From NCBI GenBank assembly GCA_965223415.1, contig OZ245002.1:1920001-1984000 (forward strand): a stretch of 64,000 nucleotides of DNA, given 5' to 3'. The notes under the pieces are model-generated. The model made no database searches, had not been told where the DNA came from, and worked only from the letters and a program-made list of their open reading frames with translations. Of this stretch, positions 1 to 11,349 are shown one piece after another. The translations under genes were made by a program, and so were the position numbers. Source of the stretch: Myxococcota bacterium (GTDB lineage Bacteria > Myxococcota_A > UBA9160 > UBA6930). Every line of letters starts with the position of its first letter. Position 1 is the first letter of the stretch.

Positions 1-1
1 G

Positions 2-1090
2 AAGCCGAAGATCGATCTCTACGAGGGCGCGGACCCGATCTTCGACCACTTCGGCTGCGAGTCGCAGATCGACGACAACCTCGGCCGCAAGGCGTGGCTC
101 AAGAGCGGCGGCTACCTGATCATCGACCAGAGCGAGGCGCTCACCGCCATCGACGTGAACACCGGCCGCTACGTCGGCAAGCGCGACCTGGAAGAGACCG
201 TTCTGCGCACGAACCTCGAGGCGGTGCGTGAGGTGGTGAACCAACTCCGCTTCCGCAACATCGGCGGGCTGATCATCATCGACCTGATCGACATGGACAG
301 CGCGGAGAACCGGGAAAAAGTGTACCGCGCGCTCCAGGAGGCGATCCGTGGCGACAAGGCCAAGACCAACATCCTGAAGATCTCCGAGCTCGGCCTCGTG
401 GAGATGACGCGCAAGCGCACCCGCGAGAACCTGGTGCAGATGCTGTGCGAGCCCTGCGCCTACTGCGAGGGCAAGGGCTACGTGCTCTCGGACGAGAGCG
501 TGGCCCACAAGATCCTGCGCGAGATCCGCAAGGACCTGCCGCGCTTCTGCGGGCGCGAGGTGGCGGTGACCGTCAGCCGGCGGGTCGCCGAGCAGCTGCT
601 GGGCTCCGAGAAGGGCACGCTGAAGGGCCTGGAGGAGGACCTGGGCCGGGAGATCGAGATCCGCGCGCGCAGCGACTTCCACCAGGAGCAGTTCGAGATC
701 ACCTCCACCTCCGAGGGCCCGGCCGTGACCCTGGACCTGCCGTGGATGAGCCCGCCGGAGGAGCCGGCGAAGGCGAAGCCCAAGGCCGAGAAGGCGGCGG
801 AGCCGGCCGCCGAGGCGGAGGCCGAGACGGAATCGGCTGCCGAAGCCGCGCCTGCGGCGGAGGAGCCGGCCGCCGAAGCGCCGCCCGCCGAGGTAGAGCC
901 GGCTGCGGAGAGCCCGATCGAGATGGTCAGCCTCGACGACCTCGCCGATCCCCTCGGGGAAGAGCCGGGCAACGGCGAAGAGCCGGAGGAGACGCCGCGA
1001 CCGCCGGCGATGGGGGCGCCGCCGGAACCCGTTGACGCCCCTGGGGAATCGCCGATACTCCCGCGCTTCCAGGGTCCGGAGGAGTCGTGA
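2..1090 (+). CDS. Rne/Rng family ribonuclease, 5'-truncated by the window edge, with an acidic Ala/Glu/Pro-rich tail
   Basis: Frame open from base 2 ([46 protein letters not shown]; CxxC zinc link); lies upstream of rplU. Confidence 0.93.
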   Translation, partial: KPKIDLYEGADPIFDHFGCESQIDDNLGRKAWLKSGGYLIIDQSEALTAIDVNTGRYVGKRDLEETVLRTNLEAVREVVNQLRFRNIGGLIIIDLIDMDSAENREKVYRALQEAIRGDKAKTNILKISELGLVEMTRKRTRENLVQMLCEPCAYCEGKGYVLSDESVAHKILREIRKDLPRFCGREVAVTVSRRVAEQLLGSEKGTLKGLEEDLGREIEIRARSDFHQEQFEITSTSEGPAVTLDLPWMSPPEEPAKAKPKAEKAAEPAAEAEAETESAAEAAPAAEEPAAEAPPAEVEPAAESPIEMVSLDDLADPLGEEPGNGEEPEETPRPPAMGAPPEPVDAPGESPILPRFQGPEES

Positions 1091-1401
1091 TGTACGCGGT
1101 GGTGAAGACGGGCGGCAAGCAGGTGCGGGTGACCCCCGGCCAGGCCGTGCGCGTCGAGAAGCTGGCCGGCGAGGTTGGCGATGCCGTGCAGTTCGACCAG
1201 GTGCTGCTGGTGGGCGGCGAAGGCGAGCCCAAGGTTGGCACGCCGCTGGTCGATGGGGCCAAGGTGGTCGGGAAGATCACCGCCCAGGCCCGGGGACCCA
1301 AGATCACGATCTTCAAGATGAAGCGCCGCAAGGGCTACCGTCGCAAGGCGGGCCACCGGCAGGCCTACACCGAAGTCCAGGTCGAGTCGATCGACGGCTA
1401 G
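1090..1401 (+). CDS. rplU: 50S ribosomal protein L21
   Basis: [11 protein letters not shown]...[14 protein letters not shown]. Confidence 0.98.
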   Translation: MYAVVKTGGKQVRVTPGQAVRVEKLAGEVGDAVQFDQVLLVGGEGEPKVGTPLVDGAKVVGKITAQARGPKITIFKMKRRKGYRRKAGHRQAYTEVQVESIDG

Positions 1402-1415
1402 ACGGGAGAGCTCTC

Positions 1416-1670
1416 ATGTCGCACAAGAAGGGTCAGGGAAGCTCCAGGAACGGCCGCGATTCCAACGGGCAACGGCGGGGCGTGAAGCGCTTCGGCGGGC
1501 AGGCCGTGCGCGCGGGCAACATCCTGGTTCGCCAGGTGGGGACCAAGATCCACCCCGGCCAGCACGTGGGCTGCGGCAAGGACTTCACGCTCTTCGCGCT
1601 GAAGGACGGCACCGTCCACTACGGTAGGTCCAAGGGCAAGGTCATTGCCCGCGTGGAGCCGTCGAACTAA
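1416..1670 (+). CDS. rpmA: 50S ribosomal protein L27
   Basis: [27 protein letters not shown] at 1416 inside the ORF called from 1032. Confidence 0.98.
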   Translation: MSHKKGQGSSRNGRDSNGQRRGVKRFGGQAVRAGNILVRQVGTKIHPGQHVGCGKDFTLFALKDGTVHYGRSKGKVIARVEPSN

Positions 1671-3876
<2,206 letters not shown>

Positions 3877-3912
3877 CGAGAGACCCACGAGAGACGGGCG
3901 AGAGAGAGTCCC

Positions 3913-5169
3913 ATGGAGCTCGAGCGAGAAGTCGAAGCCATCTGTCAACGGGCCCAGGCGGCAGGTCGCATCGTGGCGGCCCTGCCGACGAGCACGAAGG
4001 ACGCCTGGCTGAAGCGCGCCGCGGAGCGCCTGGAGCCCGCCCGGGAAGCCATCCTCGAGGCGAACCGCCGCGACATCGCCGAGGCGGAGGCCATGGGCCT
4101 CGAGGCGCCGATGGTGCGCCGGCTCTCCCTCGGCGACGGCAAGTGGGAGAGCATGATCGACGGGCTGCGGCAGGTGGCGAGCCTGCCGGATCCCGTCGGC
4201 GAGATCAGTGACATGAAGGTGCGCCCGAACGGCCTGCGGGTGGGACGCATGCGCATCCCCCTGGGCGTGATCGGCATGATCTACGAGTCGCGCCCCAACG
4301 TGACCGTGGACGCGGCGGCCCTGTGCGTGAAGGCGGGGAACGCAGTGATCCTGCGCGGCGGCTCGGAAGCGTTCCACTCCAACCAGGCGCTGGGCGAGCA
4401 GCTACGGCTCGCGGCCGACGACGTGGGGCTCCCCGGCGACGCGATCCAGGTCATGCCCACGACGGATCGCGTGGCGATCGATCACCTGCTGAAGATGGAC
4501 CGCTACGTCGACCTGATGATCCCCCGCGGCGGCTACACGCTCATCCGAAAGGTGATGCGGGAGAGCTCGATCCCCGTCCTCGCCCACGACGAGGGCATCT
4601 GCCACGTCTACCTCGACGCCAGCGCCGACGTGGAGATGTCCGCCGCGATCGTGCGCGATTCCAAGATCCGCCAGATGGCGGTGTGCAACGCGCTGGATAC
4701 GCTGCTCTGCCATCGCGAAGCCGCACGGCGCGTGCTTCCGGAGGTGCTGAAGCGCCTGCACGAGGAAGGCATCCAGATCCGCGGCTGCGAAACCACGTGC
4801 GAGGTTTTCGCCGAGGCCGTGCCCGCGGCGGAGGCCGATTGGGGCGCCGAGTTCCTCGACAAGATCCTCGCTGTGAAGGTCGTGGACGACCTCGATGTCG
4901 CGGTGACGCACGTGCAGCGCTTCGGGTCCGAGCACACCGACGTGATCGTGACCGACGACTACGCCGCCTCCCAGGAGTGGGTGCGGCGCGTCAACTCCTC
5001 GACGGTCGGCGTGAACTGCTCCACCGCCTTCTCCGACGGCTACCGCCTCGGGCTCGGCGCCGAGATCGGCGTCTCCACCTCCAAGCTTCACGCCTTCGGA
5101 CCGATGGGGCTCGAAGGGCTCACGACCCGCAAGTTCGTGCTCTTCGGGGACGGCCAGCTCCGTGAATGA
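3913..5169 (+). CDS. proA: Glutamate-5-semialdehyde dehydrogenase
   Basis: PLGVIGMIYESRPNVT, LRGGSEA, GAEIGVSTSKLHAFGPMGL. Confidence 0.97.
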   Translation: MELEREVEAICQRAQAAGRIVAALPTSTKDAWLKRAAERLEPAREAILEANRRDIAEAEAMGLEAPMVRRLSLGDGKWESMIDGLRQVASLPDPVGEISDMKVRPNGLRVGRMRIPLGVIGMIYESRPNVTVDAAALCVKAGNAVILRGGSEAFHSNQALGEQLRLAADDVGLPGDAIQVMPTTDRVAIDHLLKMDRYVDLMIPRGGYTLIRKVMRESSIPVLAHDEGICHVYLDASADVEMSAAIVRDSKIRQMAVCNALDTLLCHREAARRVLPEVLKRLHEEGIQIRGCETTCEVFAEAVPAAEADWGAEFLDKILAVKVVDDLDVAVTHVQRFGSEHTDVIVTDDYAASQEWVRRVNSSTVGVNCSTAFSDGYRLGLGAEIGVSTSKLHAFGPMGLEGLTTRKFVLFGDGQLRE

Positions 5170-5178
5170 GCAGACGCC

Positions 5179-5844
5179 CTGAGCGAGCTCGTCGGGATCT
5201 TCGGGGGCACCTTCAACCCCGTCCACGTGGGGCACCTGCGGGCGGCGGAGGAGGTGGCCGAGGCCCTCGGCCTGGCCCGTGTGCTCTTCGTGCCCGCCGC
5301 GGACCCGCCCCTCAAGCGCGGCGACGGTCAGGCGTTGGCGACGGCCCTGGACCGCTTCCGCTGGGTGGAGGCGTCGATCGCCGACAACTCGCGCTTCGGG
5401 ATCTCGCCGGTCGAGCTGGACCGGGAGGGCCCCTCCTACCTGGTCGACACCCTGCGCCTGCTCCGCGCCGAGCTCGCGCCGGCGCAGCTCGTCTTCATCG
5501 TGGGCCAGGACGCGTTCGCGGAGCTCGACGCCTGGCGTGCGCCGGAGGCGCTGCCTACCCTCGCCCACTTCGCGGTGGTGACCCGGCCGCCCGGAGGTGG
5601 CCGTCTCGCCGATTGGCTCCCGGCCTCCCTGGTCGGGGCCGTGGAGCTCGACCCGAACGGTCAGCACGCCCGGCACGAGTCGGCCGGAACCTGGATCCGC
5701 CGCGTACCGATCTCTGCCTTCGACGTCTCGGCGACGGACGTGCGCCGGCGGCTCCGCGAGGGCCGGTCCATCCGCTACCTCGTTCCCGAGGCCGCCCGGG
5801 AGGCCATCGAGAAGTGCGACACCTACGTGAGCCCGACGACGTGA
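5179..5844 (+). CDS. nadD: Nicotinate-nucleotide adenylyltransferase; probable CTG start
   Basis: GIFGGTFNPVHVGHL motif lies upstream of the ORF-finder start (5227); SAT..R C-terminal motif; proA-nadD-rsfS synteny. Confidence 0.93.
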   Translation: MSELVGIFGGTFNPVHVGHLRAAEEVAEALGLARVLFVPAADPPLKRGDGQALATALDRFRWVEASIADNSRFGISPVELDREGPSYLVDTLRLLRAELAPAQLVFIVGQDAFAELDAWRAPEALPTLAHFAVVTRPPGGGRLADWLPASLVGAVELDPNGQHARHESAGTWIRRVPISAFDVSATDVRRRLREGRSIRYLVPEAAREAIEKCDTYVSPTT

Positions 5845-6224
5845 GCGACGCCGCCCCCGACCCGAGCGCCGAGGAGCGCGTGCGCCGGCTCGCCGAGGTC
5901 GCCCTGGAGCGCAAGGCCCAGAACGCGGTGGCCCTCGACGTGCGCGAGCTCACCTCCTTCGCCGATGCCTTCCTGCTGCTCACCGGCACGTCGGACCGAC
6001 ACGTGCGCTCGGTGGCCGATGCGGTGATCCAAGCGGCCAAGGCCGACGGCCGGAAGCCCCTGGGCATCGAGGGACAGGACGAGGGCCGCTGGATCCTGGT
6101 CGACCTGGGGGACGTGGTGGTGCACATCTTCCTGGGTGAGGTTCGCGAGTACTACGACCTGGACCGGCTGTGGGAGGACGCGGAGCCGATCGAGCTCCCC
6201 GGCGGAGGCGACGCGGCGGCCTGA
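5841..6224 (+). CDS. rsfS: Ribosome silencing factor (Iojap)
   Basis: WILVDLGDVVVHIF...REYYDLDRLW; GTGA overlap with the nadD stop. Confidence 0.95.
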   Translation: MSDAAPDPSAEERVRRLAEVALERKAQNAVALDVRELTSFADAFLLLTGTSDRHVRSVADAVIQAAKADGRKPLGIEGQDEGRWILVDLGDVVVHIFLGEVREYYDLDRLWEDAEPIELPGGGDAAA

Positions 6225-6261
6225 TCGGTAGGCTCGGGGGGCCCGGTCCCCGGAGCGCCAC

Positions 6262-6966
6262 GTGACGCCCCTCGCCTGGCTCCGCGCCGGCCTGGCGGTG
6301 CTGCTGCCGGACGCCTGTGCGAGCTGTGGCCGGGCCGTCCCGGCGCCGCCCTTCTGCGGGCGCTGCGCGCCGGCGCCGGCCCCGCCGATCCCGCTGCCGC
6401 CGCCCCGACCCCTGGCCGCCTGGACGGCCGCGGTCGCCTACACCGGAGAGTGGCGGCTCTGGATCCAGCGCTTCAAGTACCCGGAGCCCGGCCTGCGCGG
6501 CCTCGATCCGGCCGCCGACGCGGTCGTCCTCGGGCTGGTCCGCGCGGCCGCCCGCTCCGCCCCCGACGGGCTCGCGCCGGACCTCGTCGTGCCGGTTCCC
6601 CTCCACCGGACCAGACGCCGCCGGCGGGGCTTCGACCAGGCGGCGCTCCTCGCCCGCAGCGTCGCCCGGGAGGTGGACGCTCCGGCCTCCTCCCGCGCCC
6701 TGCTGCGCTGCCGCGACACGCCGCGGCAGGTCGGCCTCTCCCGCCGCGAGCGCCGCCGCAACGTGCAGGGCGCCTTCGCGGCCCGGGGCCCGCTGCCGCC
6801 CTGCGTCTGGCTGGTCGACGACGTCGCCACCACCGGCGCGACCCTGGCGGAAGCCGCGCGCGCCCTGCGCCGGGCCGGCGCCCGCCGGGTCGTCGCCATC
6901 TGCGCCGCCCACACGCCCCCGGGCGCAAGCGACGTCCCGATTGAAAGCCCCCGATCGAGCGGCTAA
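6262..6966 (+). CDS. comF: ComF family protein (zinc ribbon + phosphoribosyltransferase-like domain)
   Basis: CxxC pairs, VPVPLH..R...RGFDQA, LVDDVATTGATL. Confidence 0.88.
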   Translation: MTPLAWLRAGLAVLLPDACASCGRAVPAPPFCGRCAPAPAPPIPLPPPRPLAAWTAAVAYTGEWRLWIQRFKYPEPGLRGLDPAADAVVLGLVRAAARSAPDGLAPDLVVPVPLHRTRRRRRGFDQAALLARSVAREVDAPASSRALLRCRDTPRQVGLSRRERRRNVQGAFAARGPLPPCVWLVDDVATTGATLAEAARALRRAGARRVVAICAAHTPPGASDVPIESPRSSG

Positions 6967-6977
6967 ACACCGCCGCC

Positions 6978-7160
6978 ATGGCGACGATCAAGCAGGCCCT
7001 GACCCTGAAGCACCAGGCCAACCTCGGCGAAGAGGTCGAGGACGTGGAGCTCACCGCCGGTGAGGCCGTGACCGTGCTCAAGACCTGGGCGAACAGCTAC
7101 CTGATCAAGAACGACGGGGGCCTGCTGTTCAACGTGCCCAAGGACCAGGTCGAGGAGTAG
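6978..7160 (+). CDS. Small 60-aa hypothetical protein, possibly SH3-like
   Basis: Host-like codon usage; ELTAGEAVTVL..W...YLI pattern resembles SH3 barrels. Confidence 0.7.
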   Translation: MATIKQALTLKHQANLGEEVEDVELTAGEAVTVLKTWANSYLIKNDGGLLFNVPKDQVEE

Positions 7161-7255
7161 TGAGACAAGGGGACGTTCCTGACTGTCTCACTCCCCGAAG
7201 ACCGCTGGAGCGGACCGCTGGGAGTGAGACAGTCAGGAACGTCCCCTTGTCTCAC
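7160..7255. repeat. REP-like palindrome, copy 1 (perfect 36-bp inverted repeat, 24-nt spacer)
   Basis: 7160-7195 GTGAGACAAGGGGACGTTCCTGACTGTCTCACTCCC is the reverse complement of 7220-7255; lies between convergent genes. Confidence 0.93.
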
Positions 7256-8312
7256 CGACCGCTTCGAGGATGGTCATCCGGAGCTTGTCCGGGTCCACTG
7301 GCTTCTTGAAGAGCACCGCCCCGAGTCCTTCGACGCGGCTGCGCTTGATGATGTGGTCCTTGTCGTAGTGGAAGGCGGTCATCATCAGCACGGGCAGGCC
7401 CGGGTGCTTCTCCTGGATGGCCTTGAACAGCTCGTAGCCGTCCATGTTCGGCATCACCACGTCGGACAACACGACGTCGAAGGAGCCCTCGTCGATGGCC
7501 GCCAGCGCCTGCTCACCGTCGCTGGCGGTGGTCACCTGGCAGCCGTCGTGGGTGAGGATCTCCTTCAGGCTGTGGGTGATGCCGCCGTCGTCGTCGGCCA
7601 CCAGGATGCGCAGGCCTTCGAGGGCGGCCACCGGGGCCGCCTCCCGCTCGGCCCGCTGACGCAGGTCCACCATGCGCGCGGGGCCGATGTAGCCGGTGGT
7701 CTCGTAGGTGTCGTCCTTCACCATCTCGCCGAGGCGTTCGACGATTTCGGAGATGCGTGAGATCTCGCGGCGGATCGCGTCGAGGCGCTCGTTCTCGACG
7801 GAGATGTCGCGCTCGTCCGCCAGCTCCTCCACGTCCCGCTCGAGGAGCGTGGCCTGGTTCAGGATCACGTTCAGCGGGTTGTTGATCTCGTGGGAGAGGC
7901 CGATCGCCACCTCGCCGAGGGTGGCGAGCTGGTCCTTGTGCAGGATCTCCCGCAGGTCCTTCGCGAAGCCGATGGTCCCGTCCTCCTCGCCGGCCTCGTC
8001 GCGGAGGATCGTGCCCGAGATGGCCACCGGGATGCGCTCGCCGCTCTTCGCCAGGAAGGTCGTCTGGAAGGTGTCGACCACGTCCTTGCCGCCCCAGTCG
8101 GCGTCGCGCATGGCGTGCATGACCTTCTTCGCCTCTTCGAGGTCGGAATAGAGGCGGCCGACGAACGTGCCCAGCACCTCCCCGCTCTCGTAGCCCAGCA
8201 CCTTCTCGGCCCCGTCGTTGAAGTAGATGACGTTGCCCTTGCGATCGGTGCCGACGATGCTGTCGGGCGACCGTTCGACCAGCTGCTCGAGACGCTCCCG
8301 GGTGAGGGCCAT
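7233..8312 (-). CDS. PAS + HisKA + receiver signalling protein with no HATPase domain
   Basis: N-terminal PAS, H-box LSHEINNPL, C-terminal REC (ILVADDD, SDVVMP, KPVD). Confidence 0.88.
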   Translation of the reverse strand: MALTRERLEQLVERSPDSIVGTDRKGNVIYFNDGAEKVLGYESGEVLGTFVGRLYSDLEEAKKVMHAMRDADWGGKDVVDTFQTTFLAKSGERIPVAISGTILRDEAGEEDGTIGFAKDLREILHKDQLATLGEVAIGLSHEINNPLNVILNQATLLERDVEELADERDISVENERLDAIRREISRISEIVERLGEMVKDDTYETTGYIGPARMVDLRQRAEREAAPVAALEGLRILVADDDGGITHSLKEILTHDGCQVTTASDGEQALAAIDEGSFDVVLSDVVMPNMDGYELFKAIQEKHPGLPVLMMTAFHYDKDHIIKRSRVEGLGAVLFKKPVDPDKLRMTILEAVGETRGRS

Positions 8313-8330
8313 GGGGCTCCCTGGCGGACG

Positions 8331-9269
8331 CTAGTCCGCCTCCTGCTCGGCCAACCACCGCTCGGAATCGATCGCGGCCATGCATCCGGTTCCGGCGGCG
8401 GTGACGGCCTGGCGGTAGGTCGGGTCCATCGCGTCGCCGCAGGCGAAGACACCCTCCACGTTCGTCCGGCTGGAGCCGGGCTCCACCTTGATGTAGCCGG
8501 TGTCGTCGAGCTCGAGCTGTCCGCGAAGGCGATCAGTGTTCGGCTTGTGGCCGATGGCGATGAAGAGCGCCTCCACCGGGAGATCGCGCAGCTCGCCGGT
8601 GTGGACGTCCTTGATGCGCACGCCGGTCACGAACTCCTCGCCGAGCACCTCCTCGACGACCGCATTCCAGGCGAACTCGATCTTCTCGTGCTTCGTCGCC
8701 CGATCCGCCATGATCTTCGAGGCCCGCAGCTCGTCCCGCCGGTGGATCACCGTCACCTTCGGCGCGAAGCGGGTGAGGAAGAGCGCCTCCTCCATGGCGG
8801 TGTCGCCACCACCGACCACCGCCATCGCCTTGTCCCGGTAGAGGGCGCCGTCGCAGGTGGCGCAGGCCGAGACGCCGCGGTTCGTGAGCCGCTCCTCCGA
8901 GGGCAGGCCGAGCCAACGGGCCGAGGCGCCGGTGGCGAGGATGAGGGCGTCGGCGGTGAGCTTCCGTTCCTCGGTCTCGACCCGGAACGGCCGCTCGGAA
9001 AGGTCGATCTCAGTGGCGTCCTCGAAGTGGATGCGCGTGCCGAAGCGCTCCGCCTGCTTCTGGAACATGTCCATCATGTCCGGGCCGCTGACGCCTTCGG
9101 GAAAGCCCGGGTAGTTCTCCACGTCGGTGGTGAGCATGAGCTGGCCGCCGAACTGGAGGCCCGCCAGCATCACGGGCTCGAGCTCGGCCCGGGCCGCGTA
9201 GATGGCCGCGGTATAGCCCGCCGGCCCGCTTCCGATGATCAGCACCTTCACGTGCTGCGCGTCGCTCAC
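8331..9269 (-). CDS. trxB: Thioredoxin-disulfide reductase
   Basis: IIGSGPAG, GVSACATCDG, GGGDTA, YRQAVTAAG; GTG start at 9269 after GAGGAGG. Confidence 0.97.
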   Translation of the reverse strand: MSDAQHVKVLIIGSGPAGYTAAIYAARAELEPVMLAGLQFGGQLMLTTDVENYPGFPEGVSGPDMMDMFQKQAERFGTRIHFEDATEIDLSERPFRVETEERKLTADALILATGASARWLGLPSEERLTNRGVSACATCDGALYRDKAMAVVGGGDTAMEEALFLTRFAPKVTVIHRRDELRASKIMADRATKHEKIEFAWNAVVEEVLGEEFVTGVRIKDVHTGELRDLPVEALFIAIGHKPNTDRLRGQLELDDTGYIKVEPGSSRTNVEGVFACGDAMDPTYRQAVTAAGTGCMAAIDSERWLAEQEAD

Positions 9270-9319
9270 GCCGCACCCTCCTCGTCCGGCTGCGAGCCGC
9301 TCACGCCGCACCCTCCTCG
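9263..9319. repeat. 22-bp direct repeat duplicating the grxC stop / RBS / GTG junction
   Basis: CGCTCACGCCGCACCCTCCTCG at 9263-9284 and 9298-9319. Confidence 0.9.
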
Positions 9320-9567
9320 GCGAGCAGGGCGTCCAGCTCTCCGCGGCGCTCCAGCTCGGCCATGTCGTCGTAGCCGCCCACGTGGACCTCGCCAACGAAG
9401 ATCTGGGGGACGGAGGTTCGCTTGGCCCGCTGCAGCATCTCGTCCTCGCGCCGAGGATCGGCCTCGATGTCGTGCTCCACGAAGGTCTGCCCCTTCTGCT
9501 CGAGCAGGGCCTTGGCCCGGTGGCAATAGCCGCACCAGGAGCGCGTGTACATGACGATCTCGGCCAT
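9301..9567 (-). CDS. grxC: Glutaredoxin 3
   Basis: WCGYC active site, SVPQIF, GGYDD. Confidence 0.93.
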   Translation of the reverse strand: MAEIVMYTRSWCGYCHRAKALLEQKGQTFVEHDIEADPRREDEMLQRAKRTSVPQIFVGEVHVGGYDDMAELERRGELDALLAEEGAA

Positions 9568-9639
9568 CGATCCTCCGGGCCTCCCGGCCCCCGACGAATG
9601 AGAGAGGGTACCGATTGAGGTGCGGGAGCCGCTAGACGC

Positions 9640-11349
9640 CTAGAGGGGCTCCGTGAAGGGGGCGTCCTCCCACAGGAGCTGCAGGAAGGTCCCGATGAAG
9701 AAGGCCATGAAGCTCATCAGCAGGACGGCGGTGGGGAAGGCGTAGAGGGGCCCCAGGCCCAGCACCCGAGGCAGCTCGCCGACGAAGGGGGTGAGGGTGT
9801 GGGCGAGGACCTCGATGGGGGTTCCACCCAGGTCCGGGCCCCAGTTGCGGGCCGCCATCAGCGGGCCGAGCAGGCTCGTCACCATCAGGCCGAAGCCGGC
9901 GGATTCGACGATGCCGAGCAGGAAGATCGCCCGAGCCCGCGCGAAGGCCTCCGGCGGGTCCCCCAACCGGCGCTGCACCTCGACGTAGATGTAGAGCAGC
10001 GTCGTCGTGCCGAGCAGAGCGATGGTCGAGAGGATGTAGACGGGAGACTGCTGGGCGAGGTCCCAGACCTCGTCGATCAGGAAGACGGGCAGGTAGCCGA
10101 CGATGATGCCGGCGCCGATGCGGGGCACCGAAGCGTGGAAGAGGGTGAGGTCCTTGCGCCACATGAAGCGGTAGGCGAGGAACCAGAGCGCTGCGAGCAG
10201 CACGATCGCGACCTCAGCCGACACGAGCACGTCGAACACCCGCGGCCAACGGGTGTAGGCGAAGATGCTCGCCACGAACGGCAGCGCCGGCAGCGCCAGC
10301 GCCAGGGCGTAGTTGCGCGGGCGGTGGCGGGAGAGCACCCGCTCGCCGTCCTCGTCGCCGCGCCGCAGGGCGTCGGCGTGGTAGAGCATGGCCGCCGCGT
10401 GATGGATATCGTACTGGCGCAGGAACCAGTGCTCGAGGCGCTTCAGGATGCGCTGGCTGTCCCGCCCCTGCCGTCGCAGGAAGGGCGTGAGGTCGCGGCC
10501 GCGATCGAGCTCGCGGGCGCCGCCCTGGCTGATCGCCAGGAGCACCTCGGTCTCGCGATCCTCGAAGGGAGAGGCGGTGCTCTCGAAGGCCCGGTTGTCC
10601 TCGTCGAGACAGACCTCGTCCAGCCAGCGGGTGAACGCTCGCTCGGCCGCGCCCACCAGCTGCGGATCGATCTCGTCGGCCTGGCCGGAGGCCAGGGCGT
10701 AGAAGAAGGACGTGTCGTAGGGGTCGGCGGAGCGGGTGGGATCCGCCGTTCCGGCGCGGTAGCTCTCCAGGAACCCGGGCCGGACCCGGGCCTCCATCAC
10801 GGTGAGGAGCGAGCGCCAGACGAGCTTGCGCCAGTGGAAGCGGGCGAGGCGCAGCCGCGGGTGATCCACCAGGGCCTTGTCGTGGATGAAGCGCAGCACG
10901 ACCTGCCCGAACACGGCCACGTCCTCGCTCGCTCGAAGGAGCGGCGCCGAGCTCTCGCCCTCCCCGAGTCGCTCGAGGAGTGCCGCCAGGCTGGCGGGCA
11001 GGACGGCGAGGAGCTGCAGCACCAGCTCTTCGGCGTCGCGCTTGCCCGCCCGACTCCCGAGCAGCCCGGGCTGGGACCACAGGTCTTCGAGCCGCAGGTA
11101 GAGCTCGGCCGGATCGTGGCGATCGGCGTGGAACGAGAAGGTCTCGGGAAAGACGTTGCCGAAGCCGTCGCCCGTATCGCGCTCGAAGCGAACCTCCCGC
11201 GCATGGAACGCGTAGGTGCAGCGATACACCGTCCGCAGCCGCTCGATCCGGAACTCGAGGCGCGGGATGGCGGGGCGAGGGGGGCTCGCCGAGCCGCTCG
11301 GCACCTCGTCGGAGGGCGAATTGCTTCGGGTTCGCTCCGGTTCGCTCAA
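9640..11349 (-). CDS. Hypothetical protein: ~330-aa soluble N-terminus plus a multi-pass C-terminal membrane domain
   Basis: Protein-like 3' part of ORF 9640-12984; TTG at 11349 overlaps the upstream TGA; several hydrophobic helices. Confidence 0.78.
   Translation of the reverse strand: MSEPERTRSNSPSDEVPSGSASPPRPAIPRLEFRIERLRTVYRCTYAFHAREVRFERDTGDGFGNVFPETFSFHADRHDPAELYLRLEDLWSQPGLLGSRAGKRDAEELVLQLLAVLPASLAALLERLGEGESSAPLLRASEDVAVFGQVVLRFIHDKALVDHPRLRLARFHWRKLVWRSLLTVMEARVRPGFLESYRAGTADPTRSADPYDTSFFYALASGQADEIDPQLVGAAERAFTRWLDEVCLDEDNRAFESTASPFEDRETEVLLAISQGGARELDRGRDLTPFLRRQGRDSQRILKRLEHWFLRQYDIHHAAAMLYHADALRRGDEDGERVLSRHRPRNYALALALPALPFVASIFAYTRWPRVFDVLVSAEVAIVLLAALWFLAYRFMWRKDLTLFHASVPRIGAGIIVGYLPVFLIDEVWDLAQQSPVYILSTIALLGTTTLLYIYVEVQRRLGDPPEAFARARAIFLLGIVESAGFGLMVTSLLGPLMAARNWGPDLGGTPIEVLAHTLTPFVGELPRVLGLGPLYAFPTAVLLMSFMAFFIGTFLQLLWEDAPFTEPL

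Noticed and set aside
7160..7255. 36-bp repeat as a mini CRISPR array
   Set aside because: The repeats are inverted, not direct; there is no spacer array and no cas gene in the window
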